This document shows positions 25,744 to 37,297 of a DNA stretch of 64,000 bases, piece after piece. The stretch is from Callorhinchus milii (lineage: Eukaryota). Below the pieces are notes generated by a model. It was not told the origin of the DNA. It did not search any database and saw only the letters and a list, made by a program, of their open reading frames with translations. The first letter of the stretch is position 1. Each line of letters begins with the position of its first letter. The DNA lies in NCBI RefSeq assembly GCF_018977255.1, contig NW_024704743.1, forward strand, positions 81,718,001 through 81,782,000, in the 5' to 3' direction. Both the position numbers and the translations under genes were made by a program.

Positions 25744-27585
25744 AACAACAACAATTTGCATTTATATAGCGCCCTCCACGCAGGGTAGCATCTCAGAGCT
25801 CTTAACAGTGGCGGAGTCTGACTCCGAGCTGGGGGGTGGGGTGTGGTGGAGATGACGGTAAGCATGGTCGAAAAAAAGGAGTGACTTGAAAAAGAGGAGA
25901 GAGGGTGCAAGGCAGAGGGATTGCAGGAGAGTGTTGCAGAACTTCAGGGCATAGTGGCTGAAAACGTGACCTCCAATGGTGGAGCGGAGGGTGTGAGGGT
26001 CAAGCAGGAGGCCGGTCCCAGTCGATTGGAGGCGTCGGGTGGTAGATTGGGGAGTGAGGAGGTTGGAGAGGTGAGGAGGTACCAGGGAGTGAAGGGATTT
26101 GAATACAAAAGTAAGATTCTTGAAGTTGATCTATTTGGTGATGGGGAGCCAATGGAGCTTCGCCAGAGTGGTGAGATGGGGGTACAGAGTTCAGTCCGGG
26201 TCAGTATGTGGGCAGCAGAGTTCTGAATGAGCTGGATCTTTTGAATAGTGGAGCTTGGGAGATTGGTGAGGAGTGCATATGAGTAATCCAGGCGGGAAGT
26301 GACAAATGCATACTTGCATGTATGAGGGTTTTGGTTGCATTTGGGGTAAGGTACGGTCGGAGGCGGGCAACGTGGCAGGTGGAGGAAGACGGTCCTGGTC
26401 ATGGGCTCAATGTGGGGGAGGAAGGACAACTGGGGGATGATCTGGACATCTAGATTGCGCACTGGTTCTGAGGGAGAGCCCAGGGAGGTTGAAGAGTTCA
26501 GATCCGCAGGGATGAAGACGATGACAGGAGCTGAAGAGTATGGCTTCTGTCTTATCCACATTCAGCTGCAGGAAGTTTGCACTCATCAAGGTCCTGATGT
26601 CTGCCAGACAAGCTGATAGAACACTGGTGGACCTGGAGTTGGTACTGGAGGAGGCAAAGTAGATTTGGGTGTCATCCGCAAAGATATGGAAGTTTACCCA
26701 GTGACTGCGGATGACATCACCAAGAGCATATAGATTAGGAAAGGAAGAGGGCCAATGATGGAGCCCTGGGGTACCCCACAGGTGACCGGGCGGGGGAGGG
26801 AGGAGAGACCATTTGCTGAGATGAAGTGGAGGCGTTGGTTAAGTAGGACTTGAACCATGCAAATGCTGGCCCACTAAGATGGATGAGGCTAGAGAGGTGG
26901 TGGAGGAGGATGGCGTAGTTGACTGTGTTGAACATGGCAGAGAGATCCAGGGGGACAAGGAAGCTGAGGGAGCCCTGGTCACAGACAGAGAGGATGTTGT
27001 TTGTGACTTTGACAAGTGCTGTCTCTGTGCTGTGAGCAGCACAAAAACCAGACTGCAGGGGTTCAAGGAGGGAATGGAGGGAGAGGTGTGACCGAAGTTG
27101 ACCTACAACAATGCATTCCAAGACTTTAGCAAGGAAGGGCAGGTTGGAGGTGAGATAGTAGTTGAGAGATTAGAAGGATTGAGGGTGGGTTTTTTGAGGA
27201 GGGGTGTGATGATAGCGGTTTTCAGGGGGAGTGGAAGAGAGCCTGAGGAGAGAGACTGGTTGACCGTGTGGGCCATCAGGCGAGGGGTCGAGGCGGCAGA
27301 TGGTAAACTTCATGCGGGTGATTGTGGTTAAGAGGGAGGAGTGAGAAATGGGGGCAAAGGATTGTAAGGAGGGGGAAGCGGTAGGAGCTGTGGCGGAGGG
27401 AGAAGGTGGTGTGGATGGTTTGGGTGGGATGGAAGGGGACATGGGGGGAGGATGATGCAGCCAAGTGGATGTTTTCAATCTTTAAGGTGAAGAAGTCTAG
27501 GACATCTTTGCAATTGGCATTTGTTGTGAGAATAGAGGAAGCTAGAGGGGGCGCACAGAGAAGGTGCTGGACAGTGGAAAACATG
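25744..27585 (-). mobile_element. 5'-truncated L2 LINE, tail type B
   Basis: ORF track EPLQSGFCAAHSTETALVKVTN, LDLSAMFNTV, LQLNVDKTE, SRLDYSYALL. Confidence 0.93.
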
Positions 27586-28816
27586 TCTTAATATAATGTA
27601 ATAGTTGTTAATATAAACAGTCAGGATGAAATGTATGGAAACAAGACCTTTTATTATTTCCCAGTGTTCTCCGAATGAATTGCATTTTGTCCCTCAAGTG
27701 TTCTTTTGTTAACCCGATTCAGCATTTTCTACATCTTCTGGCCAGAGGCCGGGGCCAGAGACTGTGGCCACAGCAAAGCAGGTTTTGTATTTCCTAATGT
27801 TTAATTTAATTTGATTTATTTTTGTCCTGTTGTCATGTGGGATGGATCAATTCCATTCTGATGTAGTAACATACTGTACAGCGGCTGAAATCTTCCTGGT
27901 GGTCCAGTGGGGAGAGAATGAATCTCTCTATTTTATCTTGCAATATTGGACGGATGATCAGGACTGTCTGTGTCTAATCTCTGCCAGAGATTCGCATGTG
28001 TCTATCTTCCCTAGGAATATGGTGGGTGGAATACATGTGTGTTCTAGATAATCGCAGGAAGTATTCCAACAAGACTGTGAGAACAGTGAAGCTTGAACTT
28101 TCAAAGTAACCAAATGTTTCAGACTGGAGATACAAAATCCTCAAATGAAACAAGACCCATTTTTACTTATATTAATGACTTTCAGTACCTTGAAATGCAT
28201 TGCTTACTTTGTCAATTTTAATACTTAGCATTTATATTTAGTTGCTCAGATATCTCAGATAAATCCAGTTATCAGAATTAAAACTGCACCACATCTTTCC
28301 TTCCTGTCCAACTTTGTATTGTCATCCTACTTGCTATGCTCTTTTCAGGGTCATTTACAAATGTTTTGACTAACCATCAACTCCACACGGTGATCGGGGC
28401 CAGGAGTTATCAATAGGACCTGTTTTAGCCCTAGAGTCAATCAAGGCCAAGTTATAAATAGCCATGTCATTTCAGTCTCGCTTAGTTGGTAGCACTGTTG
28501 CCTCTCAGCCAGAAAGTTGTGAGTTCAAGTCAAGGAGATAAAGCACTAAATGCAAGGATTATTATCATAACCAGCTGTTAATTAAGAAGTCATATTTCAA
28601 TTCAGTTTGTAGACTTTGTGAGGGAACTGTACTACATGTTCAGGACCTTGGGATGTCCTCCCAACGTGAAAGGCACTATACAAATGTAATTTTGCTGTTG
28701 TTGTTGTTTTCTGGATTGGATAATTTATTTATAGCTTGTTTTTCCCACTAAACAGGAAATGCAACTAAATGAAAGAACTTGATAAGACACTGTATCAAAT
28801 GCATCGATTATTATTT

Positions 28817-29138
28817 GGAGTCCTGTAGCTCAGTGGTTAGAGCACTCGCTTTGCAAGCGAGAGACCTGAGTTCAATTCCAGGCAGGGCGAAACCTTGGGC
28901 AAGTTTGCTTACTCCACACACCTAATAATAATCCCTCCAAAACCAAAAACAATAATAAATTGGTCATTTTCAATCTACGACTGTTTGTGGGACATTGCTG
29001 TGCGCAATTGGCTGCCGCGTTCGCCCACAAATATACAGTCAATTCACTTTACAGTGTATTCTGTGAAGCGCTTTGGGCTGTCCTCCCGACGTGAAAAGCG
29101 CTATATCAAATGCAAGGAATATTATTATTATTATTATA
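28817..29138 (+). mobile_element. Young full-length tRNA(Ala) SINE
   Basis: Near-identical to the 17160 and 49900 copies. Confidence 0.95.
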
Positions 29139-30639
29139 TGTCATTTTTATTATTTCTATTATAGGCAACAATTTTGAAAGACATTGCAATTTCCTGTTTT
29201 TCTCTTCTCCAGCTGTCTGGCCCCATCAAATTGCCAAGAAGAGTGGTTGAGGCCAGAACACTAGACTCATTTAACAGTTGGATGTTGTTATGGTAAGATA
29301 ATATGGTGGGTATTCTGGAAGGAATGAGGTAAAACAGGCTGAAGGGCCTTCTTCATCCTAACCAATCTTGTGAACCTCGGAGATAGCTGTAAAACTAAGA
29401 TGGCATCCATCTTCCACTTAACAGGTAGAATCTCGAACAGAATTTTACTCAGTATATCCAGGCCAACTGCACTGCCAACATTTTATTGTATTTGGAGAAT
29501 TGTCTAGAAATCTTTCAGGGAGTGGATGAATCACACTGAATCTGGACAAATCATTTAATGTTTGGATCCTCAATAGGATTTCATCTTTGTTAGCCGCTTG
29601 TTTCACTAAATCTTAAAATAGTTGCTAGTCTTTATTTTATTATATATTTTCTTATTTATTTCATTATTTATAGTCTTTCATTGATTTATTCAAAGCCAAG
29701 GCTCTTTAAAAAGATTCCTCTTACTTAAGATACTACTCTACATAGTTTGAAATGTTTTCTCATCCACTTTTCAGACAGCTCGAGTGCTAAACCCCCTGTG
29801 GAGAAACAATAGGGAGCAGATGAAGCTGTTGACAAGGTGCAAATATCCTACTTCAATTGTCACAAAGGAGGAGTACATTATATCAAAGGTAAAAGCCTAG
29901 TGCTAGCAAGCTACCCAGGTGGCCATAACTCTTCTCACAGACCAATGTATGAATCATAAAATCTTGGTCTAATGCATGCCAAACACTGCGTCTTTCAATT
30001 TTTCAAAAATAGTTTCTTCATGTCTCACACGTCAAGCTAAAAGCTACCACTTCTTACCTTTCGCAGCTTCCCTCTGTCCTTCTCCACCTAGCAACATTCG
30101 TGACCTCACTATGCCCCTCATTTCAAACAGAACTCATGTCTTCTTTATTGCTCAAGTTGTTTCCAAGAATCTCAATTTACCCTTTCATACTAAACATTAC
30201 TTTTCTCCTCATTAACTCTTTGCAAAATCAATTTTCTTTTTGAAGACTTGAATACTGCTCCTCTCATTTCTATGAATTCTCTCACACTCCAGGGTAAAAG
30301 GTTTAGAAAACCTAAAAATCTTACGATGATCTTACAGAAGAGATAGGTTTTTAGGTGGGATTTATAGATAGGGATGGGGGTGAGACAGAGAGGTAGACGG
30401 AGGGATTTTCAGTGGATGGCATTTGAGAGTATTCAAGGACATTTCAAGATGATTCTCAATGCCCCTTCCCAATGTCCAGTATGTTATCCTATATATTCTT
30501 CTTCCCTACATATTTTTCTGCTTAGAAATGTATCTCTCCCCATTGACTTCTCTTGTCAACCTGGTGATGATCTGCACTATGAGCCTCAGTCTCTCAATAA
30601 AAACAATGTGATACATTCATAGATGGAGAGATTTAGTCC

Positions 30640-31440
30640 ATCTCTATATTTTTAGAGCATGAGCAGCTTGTATACTCATCTAGGTTTCTCTTTGCATATG
30701 AGAAAAATCACAAAACGTAAAGTCCTGAATCCTGCAAGCTGCAGATATGATTACCTTTTACTGCTCACTCAATGGAAAATATAAGGGTCGGGAAAGTCAT
30801 CTGTCAATATCCTTTATTACCTGATCCATTATCCAACCTAGCGCTGTAAAACAGAAGTATATTGTACAGCAGTGTATACATCTGATATGTTTGTAGTTGT
30901 CCATATGAATATTCTTAAAGCTTTCTGAGCTATAAAGTCCTTTGTAAGCAGTTTCAATGCAAGTGACAGAAAACATCTTTGCTAAATGGCCCAGTACAAA
31001 ATGTGCATGATGGCTATTTCCTTCCTTATCTAACCTGAAGACACCACCAGTGGGTCCATAAAAATGTAAGAACCATGATGATTTCCATTTGTCGCCTTTA
31101 AGGCTGATAAATTGTTCTGATTTGATTCTTTTAAAACAGACATCTATTATGTTTTCAGTTATTGATGTCAAGCTAACTGATATGTAATTCCAAGCCTCCC
31201 TCCCCGTCCTGTCTTGAAAATTGAAATCACATTTGGTACTTTCCCGACTGTTACTATCTCCCTGTTTCCAACAAGCTGTGCAGGAGTTTAGCCAGAACTC
31301 CCTCTATTTCTTCCTTCACTTCCTTTTGTGAATTTGAATGGCTGCCACCTGGGATTGCTTTCTTATGAATGTTCAATTGTTCTAATATCCTAATAATGGT
31401 TTCTTTCTTTAACCTCTGTTTTGATGGTGCAAGACCAAAT
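30640..31440 (-). mobile_element. Highly decayed CR1 RT fragment
   Basis: Minus strand NYISVSLTSI (cf. CR1 NYRPVSLTS), followed by a HGF-like segment. Confidence 0.5.
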
Positions 31441-33329
31441 TATACTGTTTTCTTAAACAAAATTAAAGGAAGGTTAAATACGTTTGGATATGTGTGAAAT
31501 TATTGCACACTTAATATTTCAATGCTGAAATTCTTCTTTCTTTCTAAAATTGGAACTTTGCAGATTATTACCATCTCGCTGTTTCTAACAAGCTATGCAG
31601 GAATTTAGCCAGGGCTCCGTGGCTATAAAATAGTTATTACACTTTACAGTGTATTCTGCAAAGCGTTTTGAGATGTCCTTCTGACATGAAAAGCACTACA
31701 TCGAATGCAAAGAACATTTTATTTATTGTTTATTACTACATTTTCAGAAAAATATAATTCTTTGAATTCCATGCTAGTGTTCAGCTGCTTAAAAACTCGG
31801 GGCAAAATGATACTACAAGGGAGCAGATTGGTGTTTCAAGAGAATTCCGATCAGGCGATCTTTGCCCTTTTATCACTGAGTGCAGGTCAAGTGCTTCACC
31901 ACGTGGAGGGGACACCCTTATGGAAAAAATATATTTAGCCAATTCTTCGTTACGCTAGGAAAAAAACTGGAGTTGTTCACTGGCCAACAGATATGCTCAT
32001 GTTATTTTAGCAGTCTAGAAAGTGTAACCAAATCTGGTTGAATTTACTTCGATCCAGTTGTGGTAGTTGCAATATTCTTTCAAAAGCAACAATTTTCCAG
32101 ACAGATTTATCCCTTCACTGTCATTGATGGAGAAGCTATGCCCTGAAAGAACTTTAGAATTCCTTCTATATACTGTACATTCATTGTATTGAGCTCAGTG
32201 ATAATAAATAATGACAAATTTGTATAACTTGATTCAAAGCTGTGTGGTGCCCCTCAAAAAACTAACAGCACAGATTTATTGTGAACGTTTCCCACTAAGT
32301 TGCAGTTTGTTTTATTATGAAATTATGCTCAGCATCACTTTCTTGTAGCTTTGAGTTCTCCCTTACTGATAATACTTAGCAGCTGGGTTTTAGTGTGTAA
32401 CAGTTTGTTGTCAAATGCCCCAACAGTAGTTGATGCAATGCAACATTTGCCTGAACCTGGAATTCCTTTATTCGCTAATTTTAGTGACAAGTAGATGTGA
32501 GTCAATAGGGTGGACCTGTCTGAAGATAGTGCTGATGAGTGACTCATCTGTGTCTGGTGGTACTCATAGGATTTGTCAGCTGTTAGATAATCAAGTTGTC
32601 ACTGGCCTCCTGGGAGGAAGAAAGGACGCAAGCAAGGTCTCTCTTGGGACTCCATTGCTCAGTGGTCACATGCCTGGTGAAAAGGTGAATGGAGCTGAGA
32701 TACGGCTTTCTGTTGGTTTTCGTGATCCAATCTGAGCCATCTACAGACCTCCTAGGCACTGGTAATGATTTATCAGCCTGTCTGATTTTATAAAGTTCTG
32801 AGGTGCTATTGGTGAATGTATTTCATGTACAGTAATTTAGTTCTGTATTTTCCCCTGGGTGCTGTGAACTTCTGGATGGTTGCTAGGTGCTGCTGGAGTT
32901 GTGCTGGTGGATGGATTCGCAGCTAACTGTAGACATTCAGGGAGTATAAAGCCTGTTCGCTGTTTCTCCAACTATTCCTGATTGACAGCAGTTACTGTAG
33001 AGTTAGTGATCTCTGAGGAGACGCCTTTTATCACTGATCCAGGGCAATGTGCTAGCACTGCACACTTATCACTCCACGCAACCTACTAGAGTAGACCATT
33101 TCCTCATGATCTGTGGGAAGGTAGAACAAATTTGTACAAAATGATTTAAGGTTGTGTAATACCCATAAGTATCTATGAGCTTTCTGAATCTGTCCGGTGT
33201 GGTTTCCAGTAACAATTCTCTGAACGAGTTGAAGCTGTCTATGACTTCATATTGAATCTTGACCTGATATTCCACAGTAGTGAGAAATGTTCATAAGAGA
33301 TGCTTCTATAATGTCTGTAATTCAACTGT

Positions 33330-33561
33330 GCAGGTTTAGCTGGTTAAACTGCAATGCACACTGCCTTGGCTCTTGCCAACCTAAGTTTAATACTCCCTGG
33401 AATTAAATAAACAAGGTTATCCTTTTGGGGAGAGTGCACATTCCATTCCAGACACAGGAAAATTTCTGTATGTAAGTGGCATACATATATGGCATATGGT
33501 TTGGTTTGATTACTAATAAGCATGGTGATGGGTTTTCACCCAGCTGACCCCGCCAAAAAAA
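33330..33561 (+). mobile_element. Unclassified A-tailed retroposon
   Basis: ggttaaact...cttggctcttgccaacct...cattccagacacagg...cagctgaccccgccaaaaaaa. Confidence 0.6.
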
Positions 33562-34801
33562 CCACCTGTAGTTTGCAGATATTTAGGTTTACAGGTACCA
33601 TTAATACAGTTAGTCATGAATGACAGAATGCTGCGGATAACTGGATGTGTTCAATTTGATAAGTCAAATAAATATTCTTCTTTCGTGAACCTTCAAGGGA
33701 ATGGAGCGTCCTGTCCAATAATCCCCCAAATAGAATTGGTCAATACATTCACGGCTGTTTGTTGGACATTGTTTTGCACAAATTGACTGCCACCTATAAA
33801 ATACACAGTGACTGCACTTTACAAAATATCCTGTGAGATGTCTTGATATGTCTTCCTGATATGTAGAACACTGTATCTAATGTTAGGAATATTATTTTTA
33901 TTTGTGCCCGTTTGTTGTCTATTTGACCATGGAGTTGTCATGTCTGGTCTGGTTGTCCCCCAACACCCACACGTGTGCATTCCTCAATGGGTGGGGGGAG
34001 AGGCCTACTGGTCAGCCATTGACCAGAAGTCTGACTAATTTGCACTTCTAACCCAGGCAATCTAAGATAATATTTGAACCATCAGTGTCTGCTTGGCTGA
34101 GATCAGCTAACTCAACACAGACTAGTAATTGTTGCATATTGCTTTAATGGCTTCATTGGCAATTGAGCATTGACAATGAGAAGTATGCAAACATAAAAGG
34201 ATTCTGGGAAAGTGACTGAGCAGATTGTGGACGAGAGTGGAAATGTAGGTTGAAATAAAGGAACTTGTGAATCTAAACTATGTTTGGATTTACAATCATT
34301 ACAGTAGTTGAACTTGGGACTTTCATCAATGATATGATCCCAGTACGAACTATTTGGTGTATTTACCTACTCAGTAATTGGGAATGTGTGTGTGTGGGGG
34401 GGTTATTTAATCTCATTCATTTATATTGCCCAGTTACATAGAAGCATAGAAATATATAAGATCAGAAAGGCCCATTGCACTCCATCTGATGGTTACAAAG
34501 TTATAAAAATAATGGGCTGAAGATTGCAGTATTCCTGAACACATTCTGATTCTTATTTAATGAATATTTATAGTTAAAATACATTTTGAAATACCACCCC
34601 CTCCCAACTTCTGAATAGCAGAAGCAACCAAAAATGTCTGAAAAGTGCACGCGGCCATAATACTGAATTTCAGCTTAGTGAGGAATCATTTTTGAGCACT
34701 AAAAATAGCCCTTTTGAACTTGTTTAGGGAATACTGGATCTAACTCAGATTGAATAAGTTAATTTTAATGGATAGTAATTTGGCAGAATAATATGAATTT
34801 G

Positions 34802-35120
34802 TTTTTTTGGGGTCAGCTGCGTGTCTGACACATGCGGAAACACATCACCATGCTTAAGAGTATGCAAACCAACTGAGAGTCCCATGCATCCCACCTACAC
34901 ATGGAAATTCCCATGTATTGGAATAGGATACACATTCTCTCCCTGGAGGGACACATCCTGCTTACCTAATTCCAGAAACTATTAGGTTCAAGTTGGAAAA
35001 AGCAATGGTTTGGCGGACCTGAGAGTGGGTGTTGGGGAATTTAACCAGCTAAATTGCATAGTTTGTCATTGAGAACACTGACTGGCAAGCTTACCCATTG
35101 CTTGTGCACCTTGGACCATG
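34802..35120 (-). mobile_element. Unclassified A-tailed retroposon
   Basis: tttttttggggtcagctg start; diverged revcomp of the 33330 copy. Confidence 0.6.
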
Positions 35121-35394
35121 CTTGCAAAGTTAACAGGAGCTGAGTAAGAAGAATCCCTGCCCCCAGTGACTGATGAGCTGAGCGAGCTGGACTGTCATCA
35201 GCAGTGCCCTGGACCCGTCTAGCTCAGGAACCGGACTATCACAGAGGATTGACTCAATTCCGACATTCTGTTGCAAAGCATGTCACCTTGGAGCCAGTTC
35301 AGCTCCAAGGTGATCCTGCTTAATAAATTTGTTTTATTGTCTGGGACGCACTCATACACTTTATTTTAGAAAATCATGAAATAATAATATAACA

Positions 35395-35730
35395 ATAATT
35401 ATTATCCTTACATTTTATATAGCACCTAATCACTTTGTTGAGACATCACTAAGTGCTTCAATGGATTTACTGCAAAACTTAGTGACAATATTTGTAGACG
35501 AATGCGGCAGCCAATGTCCCACAAACATTCATGAAGTGAATGGCCAATTTTATCTGGGGATTTATTGGCCAGGAGAATGAGAGAAATTCTAGTCTTTCTT
35601 CAAAAAGTGCCATGGGATTTTTAATGTCCTTCTCAATGGGCAGATGGTACCTCAGTCCCATATCTCATAAGACATTACAATACAGTGCTCCCTCTGCACT
35701 GAATTGGAGAGCCAGCCTAGACTGTGAGTA
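35395..35730 (-). mobile_element. Decayed Deu-domain SINE
   Basis: aaaagtgccatgggatttttaatgtcc (revcomp of Deu core) plus the shared tail. Confidence 0.75.
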
Positions 35731-37297
35731 TAAAACCAAAAAAACAAAATCATTGCATTGTGCAACATTTTTAACTTGCTAGATGATCGCAGAAATCTTT
35801 GTTGTGTTTGGTGCTGGACACATTCTGCAGGGCGGCAAATGACCTCTCTATAACTCTCCATAAATATAATGTTATTCCAAACCTCCACTGAAGCTGATGA
35901 GCAAATTGCCGAAATGGGTCATGCAGGCCATCTATGGCTGTGCACTTGCCAGAGGATCTATTCAAACAATGGAAATATATTGCAAACAGATTACTTTACA
36001 ATTACCAAATATTTTTTCTTGGACCTTTTTGTAGGCTTGTCTCAAGAAAAAAATTGTAATTAAAGTGAATATTTTGTGCCCACTCTTGAGATTTTGTTCC
36101 TGTAGTTCTTGTTCATAAGCTCACAGCCTTTGTGGAAAAAATACTTGGCAAACCTAATTTGTCTGTTTACAGTTGCAAAACGCCATAGCATAAGCCTATT
36201 GAAACACCTCGCTACTTCCCTTGGCCATGAGACCTTTGCAATGAAACTGATGCTTAGTTTTTCTCCCTTTGCCAAAGAAGAGATCTGCCAAATCCTTTTT
36301 GTGAGCACTCACTCTGCCCGTTTAAAATGTTCCTTTAAATATAATATCTTAAACTGAGCCACTGAGCAAGAATACTTGGCTGCTGATTGACAAATGTAGG
36401 AGCATGAGATTAACAATGTGGTCAAATTACTCTTGTTTTACACAAAATAAGGAAGGCCACTGAAGTGCAGGATGTCCAGTTTATTCAAGGCCCATATATT
36501 TGGTTCCACATGTTCTTCACATCAGCCTGCTTCATGGTATCATGCTAATCGCCTCCTCGTCTCCTTGAAAACACTGGCATGCCTGTTGTCTGCACTGAAA
36601 TCAACTGAACTAATGTATTGGCAAGTGTATAGCATACCACAGAGGTTAACGTATTACTTCAGGAATATTCGAGCAATAAACCCAACAGGGCCAGCTTATA
36701 GCGAGTGCCTTTCCCTCAGCACATTGCTGCTAGTCTCGTCCTTCTGCTGCTGATGTTCACTGACACACTGCAGTTTTGTACAGCTGTTTGGATCATTACT
36801 TTGCATGATGTTGCTTTGAATGGGGTGCATATTTGGCACGAGATGAAAAGGTATCATGCAAACACCCACGATTATAATTACAAATACATACAATACAGTT
36901 TACATCTATCTAATGCCTTTCACCTTGGGCAGTCATCCCAAAGCATCAACATCACTGGCTGGTTACTCAAGCTGAGAGTGGGAGCCAAGGAGGGTGGGGA
37001 GGGAAGAAATGGTTATCATTGTGAGGAAGGTGCAGAGTTTTGGTTGGGCACTTCCCCAAAGGGGCACAAAATTATTTGAAGCATTTCTTCTTTGGTGAAA
37101 GGGAAGGAATTTCAACACTGGCAGGGAGGGCAAAATGGAGAGAGAGAAATGTCTCCATGCCACTCTCTGGCATTTGCTAGTGCCTTCATAGGCACTTCTT
37201 CATTGGCAGAGGCCTGGAAACTGGTGCTCTCTCCCCTCTACCCACCACATTGTCACAGCAGGATGTGCTTGATAATATAATGGGAGAAGATTTTCAA

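Noticed and set aside
28817..28890. tRNA-Ala(TGC)-like gene
   Set aside because: It is the head of a dispersed SINE, continuing into a shared body and tail in about 12 copies, with no properly paired acceptor stem
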